Assembly (NCBI GenBank): GCA_001769035.1
Contig: MENF01000066.1
Coordinates: 2,389-66,388, forward strand
Source of the DNA: Bacteroidetes bacterium GWA2_32_17
Lineage (GTDB): Bacteria > Bacteroidota > Bacteroidia > Bacteroidales > GWA2-32-17
Length of the DNA: 64,000 nt
Direction of reading: 5' to 3'
The translations under genes were made by a program, and so were the position numbers. Under the pieces are notes generated by a model, which had not been told where the DNA came from, did no database searches, and was given only the letters and a program-made list of their open reading frames with translations. This document shows, piece after piece, positions 34,749 through 44,714 of the stretch. Every line of letters starts with the position of its first letter. Within the stretch, counting starts at the first letter, position 1.

Positions 34749-35837
34749 ATGTCAATTTATGAAATTTTCAATAGTTTAAAATCTGATAGTTTGAGTTTTA
34801 TATACAAAGGACAGTTTAGTGATACAATAACTGATAAAATACTAAGTTTAATTGAAGTTAATATTAGTAATAATTTAGTTGAATTGGCATCACTTAAAAA
34901 GAAAGTACCCTTTTTAATGGTCGAATGTTTCCAAAATATTGTACGACATGCCGCTGTATTAGAAGATGAAATGGGGTTTTTTATGATACGTAATATTGGA
35001 AGCAGTTATTTTATTGCATCGGGTAATGGACTTATGAATCTTAGTATACCTACTCTCAGATCAAGGCTCGAAAAGATTAATTCTTTAAATAAAGAAGAAC
35101 TGAAAGAATATTATTTAGAAATATTAAATAACGAAGAAATGTCTAAAGAAGGGGGTTCAGGGCTTGGTTTAATTGAAATGGCGCGAAAATCGGGAGAAAA
35201 AATTGATTTTGCATTTTATCCACTTAACGATACCTTCTCGCTTTTTTATATTCAATTAAAGATAAAAAGCAACGAAGATCATACTCAAGAGACAATACCA
35301 ATATTCGATACAATTTCAACAATTAACCATGCAACAGAACTTCACAAAAGTATGCGAGATAACAATATACTTTTAATACAACAGGGAGATTTTTCACAAG
35401 AGACTCTTTTTTCTATTCTTACAATGGTCGAAAATAATTTAAATCAGCAGATTGATGTCTCAAACAAAAACAAAGCAATATATCACGTTTTAGTCGAACT
35501 ATTGCAAAATATTACTAAACATGCCTATTCCGCATCAAACACAAATTTAAAAAAAGGAATTTTTACAGTTTCTAAGAGTGATGGTAGTTATCAGATATCC
35601 TCTGGCAACTTTATTGACACAAACAAAACAGATAAACTTAAACAACACCTTGAACAAATAAATTCTCTCAATCAAGATGGATTAAAGTTATTTTACCAAA
35701 AAATTTTAAGACAAAGTACCGAAACATCAGGATTAGGGTTAATAGATTTAGCAAGATTAAGTTCATCTTCTATAGAGTATAATTTTTATCCCGAAGATAA
35801 TAATTTAACATTTTTTGAAATAACTGCCAAAATTTAA
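34749..35837 (+). CDS. SiaB-family kinase with two tandem domains
   Basis: VECFQNI...GLGLIEMARKS and VELLQNI...GLGLIDLARLS. Confidence 0.85.
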   Translation: MSIYEIFNSLKSDSLSFIYKGQFSDTITDKILSLIEVNISNNLVELASLKKKVPFLMVECFQNIVRHAAVLEDEMGFFMIRNIGSSYFIASGNGLMNLSIPTLRSRLEKINSLNKEELKEYYLEILNNEEMSKEGGSGLGLIEMARKSGEKIDFAFYPLNDTFSLFYIQLKIKSNEDHTQETIPIFDTISTINHATELHKSMRDNNILLIQQGDFSQETLFSILTMVENNLNQQIDVSNKNKAIYHVLVELLQNITKHAYSASNTNLKKGIFTVSKSDGSYQISSGNFIDTNKTDKLKQHLEQINSLNQDGLKLFYQKILRQSTETSGLGLIDLARLSSSSIEYNFYPEDNNLTFFEITAKI

Positions 35838-35841
35838 AAAA

Positions 35842-36231
35842 ATGGAAAAAATAATAATAAATAATCAAAGTGGAGATACTCCCAAAATTACATTAGACAA
35901 AGAAGCCAATGTATTTGAAATTTGCGGAAAATCGTTTCCCGAAAATGCTGTTGAATTTTATTCACCAGTAATTAAATGGATAAATGAATATGCTCAAAGT
36001 CCAAATCCAGAAACAATTTTTACAATAAATTTAGATTATTTTAACTCTTCATCTTCAAAAAAAATCTTTGAAATTCTCATGAAATTGGAACAAATAACAA
36101 CTACTGGTGGAAATATTCTTGTTAAGTGGTATTACGACGAAAATGATGATGTGATGTTTACAAGAAGCAAGGATATACAAGACGTTTTAGATATTCCAAT
36201 TGAATTTATTAAGAAAACTAAACCGAAGTAG
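35842..36231 (+). CDS. SiaC-family (DUF1987) phosphoprotein
   Basis: TPKI, GKSFPENAVEFY, YFNSSSSK, WYYD. Confidence 0.9.
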   Translation: MEKIIINNQSGDTPKITLDKEANVFEICGKSFPENAVEFYSPVIKWINEYAQSPNPETIFTINLDYFNSSSSKKIFEILMKLEQITTTGGNILVKWYYDENDDVMFTRSKDIQDVLDIPIEFIKKTKPK

Positions 36232-36428
36232 TTATACTGCAAGCAATTAGTACATGTTACGCAAATAAATTATTGTCCGAATAATATACCAAAACCTAAA
36301 CTTGTGACAAACAGAACCATCGCAAGCCCAAAGTATGCACCGGGCGTAGTCGTTTATCTCAAGAAATTTGTTTTTTTATCCTTTGAATTTTGTAATTTTT
36401 TATTTTTAACAAGAGTAATTTTGAATTA

Positions 36429-36461
36429 AGACCTAACAGGTCTCAAAGACTTGTTAGGTCT
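36429..36461. repeat. REP palindrome of the ACCTAACAGG family
   Basis: AGACCTAACAGGTCTCAAAGACTTGTTAGGTCT; relatives at 12328-12349, 7459-7487 and 46891-46920. Confidence 0.75.
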
Positions 36462-36495
36462 AAAAAAGGAAAATAATTTTTAATATATATATATC

Positions 36496-37419
36496 ATGAA
36501 AACAATTAAAATTTCAATCGTTGTTTGTCTCGCTGTTCTTACAAACATTTTTTTTGCCCAAGGGCAAGAAATAGCAAACAATTCTGATAGCACAGGTTTA
36601 CCCGGCGACCACTTCAGTTTACAAGGTGCACTCGATTTATTTAAATCATCAAAATCATTAGAAGAGTTTGAAAAGAAACTTAATAACGAAGAAAACGCAG
36701 TAAATAATCTCGACCTTAATGGTGACGGTAATATTGATTATATTAAAGTTGCCGATAATAAAAAAGATAGTGCACATGCAATAGTTTTACAAGTACCAAT
36801 TAATGAAAAAGAATTGCAAGATGTGGCTGTGATTGAGATTGAAAAAACAGGAAACCAAACTGCGATGGTTCAAATTGTTGGCGACGAAGAACTTTATGGT
36901 GAAAATATATTCGTTGAGCCATTTGAAGAAAAAACTACTGTAAAAACTAAAAGCGGACCATTAAATTATTTTAGTATGCCGGCAAGATTAATAGTAAATG
37001 TTTGGCTTTGGCCATCTGTACAATTTATTTATGCTCCTGCTTATGTTGTTTGGGTTTCGCCTTGGAAATGGCACCATTACCCAATTTGGTGGAAACCATG
37101 GGCACCACATCCTTGGAAATGGCACCATCAACATTGTGCACATTATAACGCATTTTATTATCCTGTTTATAAACACAGAGTTGTTGTTGCACATCAAATT
37201 TATGCTCCACACCGAAAAACTTCAGTTGTAGTTCAAAACAGATATAAAAATAATCATGCAAATTATAAAGCACATAGAGGCGATAATGTAAATAAAAAAT
37301 CTGTAAACAATCAAAAAGTAAAACCTAATCCATCAAAGACTCATAAATCAGTTAAGGCTGGAAATAGCGGCGGTCGGAATAAATCAAATAGCGGTGGAGG
37401 TAAAGGCAAAAGAAAATAG
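36496..37419 (+). CDS. Exported hypothetical protein with EF-hand-like loop and W/H/P-rich region
   Basis: Signal peptide, DLNGDGNIDY, WVSPWKWHHYPIWWKPW, basic low-complexity tail. Confidence 0.8.
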   Translation: MKTIKISIVVCLAVLTNIFFAQGQEIANNSDSTGLPGDHFSLQGALDLFKSSKSLEEFEKKLNNEENAVNNLDLNGDGNIDYIKVADNKKDSAHAIVLQVPINEKELQDVAVIEIEKTGNQTAMVQIVGDEELYGENIFVEPFEEKTTVKTKSGPLNYFSMPARLIVNVWLWPSVQFIYAPAYVVWVSPWKWHHYPIWWKPWAPHPWKWHHQHCAHYNAFYYPVYKHRVVVAHQIYAPHRKTSVVVQNRYKNNHANYKAHRGDNVNKKSVNNQKVKPNPSKTHKSVKAGNSGGRNKSNSGGGKGKRK

Positions 37420-37566
37420 TTCACTAAAAGTTTATATACAATTTGATGTTTATATTATTTGTTTATCGTTTGTTGTTAAAAACGAATCCGATATCGGATA
37501 CAAGATATAATTTTTTTTAAACTTTCAAATATGCCTGAAATAATATACAGCTATGAATTAGTTTAT

Positions 37567-37882
37567 TAGACAACTTTCCAAATAAATTGTTGTAAAATCA
37601 TATATATTGCCACGACCTTTAGGTTGAAAATAATCTATATATTGCCACGACCTTTAGGTCGTGGAATATTAAAATAAATAATATGGCTTTAGCCAAAACA
37701 ATATTGTGCCATACATCAAAGAAAATATTTATGCAGGAATATAATTAGATTTTGAAATTATACGGATTTATTAAAAATATTTTGGCTAAAGCCGCTCCTC
37801 CTCTTCACAATTCAACCCACGACCTGAAGGTAGTGGCAATAAATGGTCGTGGCAATTAAAAATTTTATAGGAAAGATATCTA
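37567..37882. mobile_element. MITE/REPIN-like element, copy 1
   Basis: Ends TAGACAACTTTCC / GGAAAGATATCTA; internal GCCACGACCTTTAGGTCGTGG and TGGCTTTAGCCAAAA palindromes. Confidence 0.75.
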
Positions 37883-38851
37883 TTGTATTCTATCTGCTGC
37901 AGTTCTTATTAAATTATGAAATTCGAGCAAGGCAGCTATAAGTACTTGAGAATAATTTTGCGAAGCATTTCTGAAAGAGCCTGCTTCAGTTTGCCAAACA
38001 GTATAAATAAGCGGTAATCCGCCTTCTTTTGGTCGTATTGTATAAAGAATATTTTGCACGTTGCCACCACCAGCATGATATACATGCATAACCAACAATC
38101 TGAACCAAAGGTCATTTTCTTTATATGAAATATTTAAACTGTCGAGTATGCTTCTTACTGTTGGAATGCAAATTTTATTTATAAACATTGAAGCAGCATA
38201 AGCCGAACGTTTAATATCTTTACGTTCATCAGTTTTTCTGTTAATTGTTAAGCCGTATTTTCTGGCATTATATTTCATTAGTTGGAATGGTCCATAAGCT
38301 CCTGCTTTTGATTTTTGAAGTTTGTTAGGACTTTCAATCAGTAATATTGATTGTGCAAACCATGGGTCAACATTGTTCTCAATAAATACCGGAATACTTT
38401 CGTCTATACTTGGAATTACAGTTCTAAATGAATAAAAATATTTTTTCCCGGTTGTAAAAAATATTCTTGTCGAATCTGATAATCCAAATGCTTTTTTAAG
38501 ACTATCGCGATAATTTGTTTTTCGAGTATCATTTAACGAAGAATAATATATAACTGAAATGGTATCAATTATTTGTCTGGTTTTAGCTACACTCATAAAA
38601 CCCGAATCGGCTGATAAACGCATAAGTTTTGTCCAAAAAATTGTTTGAGGAATAGTATCCCAAAAATCAGCATACATTATCGAATCAACATAAGCTTTAC
38701 GGTAAGTCGAATCACCACGATAAAGAATTTTATATACATTGGTTCTATCATTTTTATTAATAGAATCGTTTTTTGCAATAACAAAATTTTGAGAATGTAC
38801 AATTTCCGAAAAACTTAAAAATATTGTAAATAATGTTATAACTAATTTCAT
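37880..38851 (-). CDS. Lytic transglycosylase (SLT domain)
   Basis: LLIES, SKAGAYGPFQLM, DERKD, YHAG. Confidence 0.8.
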   Translation of the reverse strand: MKLVITLFTIFLSFSEIVHSQNFVIAKNDSINKNDRTNVYKILYRGDSTYRKAYVDSIMYADFWDTIPQTIFWTKLMRLSADSGFMSVAKTRQIIDTISVIYYSSLNDTRKTNYRDSLKKAFGLSDSTRIFFTTGKKYFYSFRTVIPSIDESIPVFIENNVDPWFAQSILLIESPNKLQKSKAGAYGPFQLMKYNARKYGLTINRKTDERKDIKRSAYAASMFINKICIPTVRSILDSLNISYKENDLWFRLLVMHVYHAGGGNVQNILYTIRPKEGGLPLIYTVWQTEAGSFRNASQNYSQVLIAALLEFHNLIRTAADRIQ

Positions 38852-38942
38852 GTTTATAATTTAATAGCAGCAAATATATAACGATAAATTTGTATTAAAT
38901 AGTGCTTAAAAATTATTTATACACAAAATTTTGTTTATACAA

Positions 38943-39264
38943 TAGACATCTTTCCAAAATAAATCCGATAGCTATCGGATGTAAAACAATTGCCACGACC
39001 TTTAGGTCGTGGAATATAAAAATAAAAAATCTGGCTTTAGCCAAAACAATATTATTTTCAAACTTTCCGAAAGTTAACTCGGCTTGTGGCTTGGCAAACT
39101 TTCGGAAAGTTAACCGAGGAATATAATGAGATTTTGAAATTACACGGTTTTAGTAAAAATATTTTGGCTAAAGCCGCTCCTCCTCTTCACAATTCAACCC
39201 ACGACCTAAAGGTCGTGGCAATAGATGGTTGTGGCAACTAAAAATTTAATTGTAAAGATGTCTA
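38943..39264. mobile_element. MITE/REPIN-like element, copy 2
   Basis: Ends TAGACATCTTT / AAAGATGTCTA; same internal modules as copy 1 plus extra nested palindromes. Confidence 0.78.
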
Positions 39265-39311
39265 ATAGTAAATGAAAAAATATGAATAAATGATTTTTAT
39301 AAAAACTATTA

Positions 39312-39983
39312 TTACTTTTTGTTAAATTCAATTAATTCACTTCCTGAATTTTTTATTAAATCGAATGCCCATTTTGTTATTATAACCGAACAAATAATTC
39401 CGCTTATTGAATCAAGCGAATAAATTTTGTAGTACATTCCTGCTAATAATGCAATAATTGCAGTAATACTTGTTAATCCATCTGCTAAAACATGCAGGTA
39501 CGCTGCTTTAATGTTATGGTCCGATTGTTCGTGTTTGTGATGAAGAATTACAGCACTAACTCCGTTTACTACAAGTCCTATTACAGCAACAAAAATTGCT
39601 TGCTCAAATTTTATTTTTAAAGGATTTAAAAGTCGGTTAATTGATTCGATAGCCATAATAACTGCAACTACCTGTAAAATTATAGCACTTGAGTAACCCG
39701 ATAATGCCAGCAATTTTTCTTTTTTAAAACTATGTTTATCAGTATTTGAATATTTTCTTGAAACAATATATGCAAGCCATGTTAAACCAATGGCAAAAGC
39801 ATGCGACGACATGTGCCAGCCATCTGCTAATAATGCCATTGAGTTTGTTAAATAGCCAAAAGTAATCTCAACCGCCATTGTTACAGTTGTTAATATGGCT
39901 ACAAACTTTGTTTTATTTTCGTAAGCACCGTATTGATTATGCACGTGGACATTTAATTTCTCATCAGATATGTTCATTTTCAT
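39312..39983 (-). CDS. CDF family metal efflux transporter (DmeF-like, short form)
   Basis: SMALLADGWHM, DHNIKAAYLHVLAD; lacks the cytoplasmic C-terminal domain. Confidence 0.88.
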   Translation of the reverse strand: MKMNISDEKLNVHVHNQYGAYENKTKFVAILTTVTMAVEITFGYLTNSMALLADGWHMSSHAFAIGLTWLAYIVSRKYSNTDKHSFKKEKLLALSGYSSAIILQVVAVIMAIESINRLLNPLKIKFEQAIFVAVIGLVVNGVSAVILHHKHEQSDHNIKAAYLHVLADGLTSITAIIALLAGMYYKIYSLDSISGIICSVIITKWAFDLIKNSGSELIEFNKK

Positions 39984-40141
39984 ATATTATTATAACAATG
40001 TTCATATTTTAATTAATTTTAACTTAAAATATTTAATTTTATGAATATCACTTAAAAAATTATATTAGCTTAAATTAATTTCGCAAAAATACAATAATCA
40101 AAATATTGTTTATTATTATTTACAAAGTACAATAAATTAAA

Positions 40142-40306
40142 CCCTAACTCTGCAATTTTTTAGGTAGCTTTATTGACAAATAGCTGATTAACAAGAAACT
40201 AATAATTCTTTAAGATTACCTAATTATGTTTTCTATTAAAGTTGAGTAATGTTTTGATTGTTAATTGATTATGCTAAACAACTACCTAATTTGAGCGAAG
40301 TTAGGG
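40142..40306. mobile_element. Small TIR element
   Basis: CCCTAACT...TTAGGTAG / CTACCTAA...AGTTAGGG. Confidence 0.55.
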
Positions 40307-40395
40307 ATTAGAAGCATTTTTATTTATGTAACTTATCATTGCCAAAGTTAAACATAGTTTTTGACATCATGCCTTTGGTTGTTTATTAAAGAATA

Positions 40396-40529
40396 TGCCA
40401 TAGGCAGAACCGCTTGGTAAAAAGAAATAATAATAAAATATTGTGCCGTAGGCACAACCCATTATTCGAGTACTTTAAAAATGTAAGCCCATCATAATCT
40501 ACATCAAATAGGGTAGTGCCTATGGCACA
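40396..40529. repeat. TGCC(A/G)TAGGCA REP cluster
   Basis: Three palindromic units, the last one inverted. Confidence 0.65.
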
Positions 40530-40867
40530 TTGTTCTTTATATTGATTTCTGATTTTACCAGGCAATTATCTCTAATGGGACATGTTTAATAACACATTGA
40601 TAATTATTAATAAGTTGCATACTGATTAGTTACTTGATTTATTAATGATTATGTTGAAAAAAATTAATTAAAAGAAATAATTCTAAAAACAGCTAAAACA
40701 ATTTAACTATAATTAATAAGGTAAAATTTCATTATTGCAACCCTATTGATGACATTATGTATGTATAATAGGTTGATTAGGAAGTGATATAAAAAAATCA
40801 AATTCACGACTTTTTTTGTACTCAAATTTTATCGTTTTGAAAAATTTTTAATTTAAAAAATGAAAAT

Positions 40868-40893
40868 GCAACCTTTCTAATAAAATCATGTCT
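40868..40893 (+). promoter_or_regulatory. Putative ECF sigma promoter
   Basis: GCAACC-N16-GTCT, the same spacing as at 44154 and 51706. Confidence 0.55.
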
Positions 40894-40934
40894 TGTTGAA
40901 AACAAAAAAAAAGAAATTTATTTATTGAATAAAT

Positions 40935-41780
40935 ATGTTTTATAATATAAAATTTTTAATTTTGGTTTTTAATTGTAATCTTAAAATACATAAAAAAATG
41001 AAACATTTTTATTTTTTAATAATTTCAATGTTCATTGGAATTAACTGTTTTTCTCAAACAGCAACAAATTTTACTTGTAATGATTGTTCAGGAGGTTCAC
41101 ACGATTTGTTTACCGAACTTGATGCAGGTAAAGTTATAGTTTTGTGTTGGGTAATGCCATGCAGTGCTTGTATTCCCGCATCAAAAACTACATACAATGT
41201 TGTAACAAGCTATCAAACAACAAATCCCGACCGTGTTTTTTATTATTTAGTTGATGATTTTGGTGATACTCCATGCAGTTCACTAAATAGTTGGGCAAAT
41301 ACAAACAATATTAGTGAGTCAACTTATTCGAAAAGGTTTGTTAATACTGCAATTAATATGACTGATTATGGTTCAACTGGTATGCCTAAAATTGTTGTTA
41401 TTGGAGGTGCTTCGCACACTGTTTATTACAATGTTAATAGTTCAGTTATTGCAACTAACCTTCAGACAGCAATTGATAACGCATTAGCAGCAACATCGGG
41501 AATTGAAAATAATAATTCCGATTTGTTTAATGTAAGTTTATCGCCTGTTCCATCTAATAACCAGACGACACTTTCTGTTAATTTAAAGTCAATTTCAAAT
41601 GTAAAAGTTGAAATTTACAATGTTGTTGGAAAAAAAGTTTCAGATGTTTATAATAGTCAACTTAAATCGGGCGATAACAAATTAAATATAAATACTTTCG
41701 ATTTTAATAATGGGATGTATTTCGTAAAAGTTAGTGTTGCCGATAAAATCAAAACAATTAAATTAATTGTTTCTGAATAA
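40935..41780 (+). CDS. Thioredoxin-like (CxxC) domain + T9SS CTD
   Basis: ATNFT, WVMPCSAC, GMPK; CTD. Real start probably MKHF at ~40998. Confidence 0.75.
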   Translation: MFYNIKFLILVFNCNLKIHKKMKHFYFLIISMFIGINCFSQTATNFTCNDCSGGSHDLFTELDAGKVIVLCWVMPCSACIPASKTTYNVVTSYQTTNPDRVFYYLVDDFGDTPCSSLNSWANTNNISESTYSKRFVNTAINMTDYGSTGMPKIVVIGGASHTVYYNVNSSVIATNLQTAIDNALAATSGIENNNSDLFNVSLSPVPSNNQTTLSVNLKSISNVKVEIYNVVGKKVSDVYNSQLKSGDNKLNINTFDFNNGMYFVKVSVADKIKTIKLIVSE

Positions 41781-41796
41781 TTTTTTATTCTTTAAA

Positions 41797-41942
41797 TAGT
41801 GTCTGTCCATAAAGTCAGTGTCTGATTTATAATGTTCGAGTTTGAGGCATACGAAGTTTTGAAAACCAAGGAGTTTACTGTAGTAAATGACTGTTTTCAA
41901 AACGAGTATAACGAAAAAATCGGACATTATGGACAGACACTA
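41797..41942. mobile_element. MITE (146 bp)
   Basis: Perfect 16-bp TIR TAGTGTCTGTCCATAA / TTATGGACAGACACTA; a similar lone end lies at ~32232. Confidence 0.8.
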
Positions 41943-41959
41943 AATAAATATTTTTTTAC

Positions 41960-42985
41960 ATGAGAATTCATTGTGTTTTAGTAATGCTTTGTGTTTTTCT
42001 TTCTATAAAATCATTTTCGCAATGTTGTGGAGGTGGAGGCGGCAGCCCTATTGCTGGTGGTGCATCGCAAGGTGTGCTGCTCGAAAAACAAATGGAGGTT
42101 AATTCCAATTTTCAGTATATTAATACAAATAAATTTTATTCGGGAAATAAACCGGATACTAATTTTTTAGATAATTATAACAGTAAGTACGTATATACAC
42201 GTTTAGCTTATGGTTTATCAAAGAATTTAACTTTTTCATTAGAAACTGGCTATTGGCTCAATAAAACACAAATTGGCTTACATAAAGTTGATACAAATTC
42301 TTCAACCGGAATTGGTGATTTAATTATTTTTCCAAGATACGATATTTTCAAAATCACTAAAAACTCAAAGCAAACAGAATTAACTGTTGGTTTGGGCTTT
42401 AAAATACCACTTGGCTCATATAATGATTCAAGCAAACATATCTTAATTCAAGAGCCTGTTCTTCCAAATGAGATTTATTATAGTACGAAAACACTTTCAG
42501 TTCAAACATCTTCAGGTGCTCATGATCTTATTTTTTACTTATTCTTTTATAGAGGAAATAACATAAAAAAATTAAACTTTTTTGCTAATGCAATTTATAT
42601 TAAAAAAGGTTGGAATCCTATTGGCGAAAAAATTGGCGATTATGCCAGCGTAGGACTTTTTGCAAGTAAAACATTTTTAAAAAAATTGGGAATAACAATG
42701 CAATTAAAAGGCGAATGGGCTGATAAAATGCAGCTTAACAAAACTGTATATTTAAACTCATATCCAAATTATAATCCCGAAGCCACAGGATTTAGAAAAG
42801 TTTTTATTGTACCGCAAGTAAGTTATACAGTTAAAAAATTAACATTTTATTTGTTGTCTGAAATTCCTTTATATCAAGAAATGATAAAAACACAAATTAG
42901 CTCACAATATCAAATGGCGTTTGGTATTTCGTATAGATTTTATCTTGCTGACCCTACAAAAAAATCGGAAAGCGAATCAAAATAA
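41960..42985 (+). CDS. Putative outer-membrane beta-barrel transporter with N-terminal Cys pair
   Basis: Signal peptide then QCCGGG, GIGDL, GFKIPLG, GISYRF. Confidence 0.7.
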   Translation: MRIHCVLVMLCVFLSIKSFSQCCGGGGGSPIAGGASQGVLLEKQMEVNSNFQYINTNKFYSGNKPDTNFLDNYNSKYVYTRLAYGLSKNLTFSLETGYWLNKTQIGLHKVDTNSSTGIGDLIIFPRYDIFKITKNSKQTELTVGLGFKIPLGSYNDSSKHILIQEPVLPNEIYYSTKTLSVQTSSGAHDLIFYLFFYRGNNIKKLNFFANAIYIKKGWNPIGEKIGDYASVGLFASKTFLKKLGITMQLKGEWADKMQLNKTVYLNSYPNYNPEATGFRKVFIVPQVSYTVKKLTFYLLSEIPLYQEMIKTQISSQYQMAFGISYRFYLADPTKKSESESK

Positions 42986-42994
42986 AATGAATAT

Positions 42995-44095
42995 TTAGTT
43001 TAATACAAATTTCCCGGAACCATAAAAATATTTGTCGCTTATAATTTTGTAGGAGTATATTCCATCAGGAAGTTCATTCCTTTTGATAGTATTATTATCT
43101 GAAGAAATATTTTTAATTATTAATATTTGTCTGCCTGTTACATCATAAATAAACATTGAGATATTTTTCTCGTTATTAATGCTTTCTATATTTATTTTAG
43201 CTTCATTATTAAATGGATTAGGTACTATATTGAAATCATTTTTGTCGTTAAAAAGATTATTAATTCCTGCATCATTTCTTTTCATATAAGCAAAACGAGC
43301 TATTTGGTAATCGCTTCTTTTTTCTAATATGCCTTTATTTATTTGCATTACAGGAAATCCAAGCCCCTTTGTGTACCACTTATAGTAATAATTATCAGGC
43401 GTATAATTAATTAATTCTCCAATTCCATTTACATATAAACTATCCCATACAGTTTCTGTTGTATGAATTCTAACCACAGGATAAACATCAATTAAAGTAT
43501 TTAATTCGCCCCATGAATCAGCAATATTTGTATCAATAATATTAGTAACTAAAACTGAATCTGTTGATTTTTGAATTACTATTCTTGAACTGTCAATTTT
43601 TGTTTGCCCATACTGTAAAATTGGAAATGTAGTGCGATAATTGTATAAATTATATGCATACGGGTAATTTGATGCATAATAAATCAACCCAGTTGAATCT
43701 TCAATATAATAATCGCGATAACAAATCTCTTTAATAACGTGAGTAATCCAATCGTGTACCCAATAACAGTTCGATTTAAGTGCAATATCTGCTAATGGAA
43801 AAGTTTGAATTGAATCAGGAAAAATCCACCTGACCGAATCTAAAGAGGATGTTGGAGACCCACCCCAGAAATTTAACATACCAAAATCCCAGAAAACATT
43901 TGCTCCAGAATCGCCAGGGAAAAGCGTTAATCCTTGAATACTATCAACCCTGTAGCTAAGTTGAACATCGCCAGGTGCAGGTAAGTCGTTTTGATCTAAA
44001 ATAATTTGGCAGTAAAGAGAAATGTTAAAAGTGAAAAATATCAATAATAATAAAATTATTTTCATAAGGCATAAAGTTTTATTTAACAAAGACAT
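42995..44095 (-). CDS. T9SS cargo of unknown function, paralog of 50593
   Basis: DLP..GD, GANVFWDF, ADSWG, YYYKWY; PNP CTD. Confidence 0.8.
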   Translation of the reverse strand: MSLLNKTLCLMKIILLLLIFFTFNISLYCQIILDQNDLPAPGDVQLSYRVDSIQGLTLFPGDSGANVFWDFGMLNFWGGSPTSSLDSVRWIFPDSIQTFPLADIALKSNCYWVHDWITHVIKEICYRDYYIEDSTGLIYYASNYPYAYNLYNYRTTFPILQYGQTKIDSSRIVIQKSTDSVLVTNIIDTNIADSWGELNTLIDVYPVVRIHTTETVWDSLYVNGIGELINYTPDNYYYKWYTKGLGFPVMQINKGILEKRSDYQIARFAYMKRNDAGINNLFNDKNDFNIVPNPFNNEAKINIESINNEKNISMFIYDVTGRQILIIKNISSDNNTIKRNELPDGIYSYKIISDKYFYGSGKFVLN

Positions 44096-44153
44096 TATAA
44101 TTGTTAAAAAAGTTGCAAATAATTTAAAAATATTTAAAAAAATAAATTCTCAT

Positions 44154-44179
44154 GCAACCTTTTTCAAGAATTGTAGTCT
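44154..44179 (+). promoter_or_regulatory. Putative ECF sigma promoter
   Basis: GCAACC-N16-GTCT. Confidence 0.6.
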
Positions 44180-44250
44180 AATTAAAAAATAAAAGTATTT
44201 TATTTTGAAAGTGCATATTTTATTTATATATTTGTTTAATATTTGAAATA

Positions 44251-44616
44251 TTGAAAATAACATTAAACATATTAATTTCTGTTTTATTCCTTTTGTCAAC
44301 ATCTGGAATATTTATTTCTGAACATTACTGTGGAAATAATTTAGTTTCTGTTTCATTTTTTTCAAATGCAAAGAAATGTTGCGATGACAGTTGCCCATTC
44401 TGCAAAAATGTAAATCACACATATAAAGTAAAAACAAAAGTTGTTAAATCGAACAATATAAGTTTAGAAATTAATAATAATATTATTTCATTATTTAATT
44501 TGTCTTATATTGAACAATTGCTTTTATGTAATATCTATGTAAGCAATATTGTTAAAATTAATCCGCCTCCCGGCAAGTTTTCAACAACTGCTTATTTGTC
44601 TAAATTAAGACTATGA
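44251..44616 (+). CDS. HYC_CC_PP-type small Cys-rich protein, copy 1
   Basis: Hydrophobic N-terminus, HYC, CCDDSCPFC, PPP near the C-terminus. Confidence 0.8.
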   Translation: MKITLNILISVLFLLSTSGIFISEHYCGNNLVSVSFFSNAKKCCDDSCPFCKNVNHTYKVKTKVVKSNNISLEINNNIISLFNLSYIEQLLLCNIYVSNIVKINPPPGKFSTTAYLSKLRL

Positions 44617-44622
44617 TTTATT

Positions 44623-44645
44623 GCTGTTGTAATTCTTACAACAGC
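44623..44645 (+). promoter_or_regulatory. Hairpin immediately after leader ORF copy 1
   Basis: GCTGTTGTAA-TTC-TTACAACAGC. Confidence 0.55.
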
Positions 44646-44714
44646 TAAAATCTATTTTCCCATTTCTTAAACTATTGTCTAATTATTAATAATTTCAATT
44701 AAAAATAAATAAAA

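Noticed and set aside
36290-36365. Locally GC-richer intergenic stretch, possible ncRNA
   Set aside because: No recognisable motif or convincing fold by eye.
38902-39126. 74-aa ORF
   Set aside because: Lies mostly within MITE copy 2.
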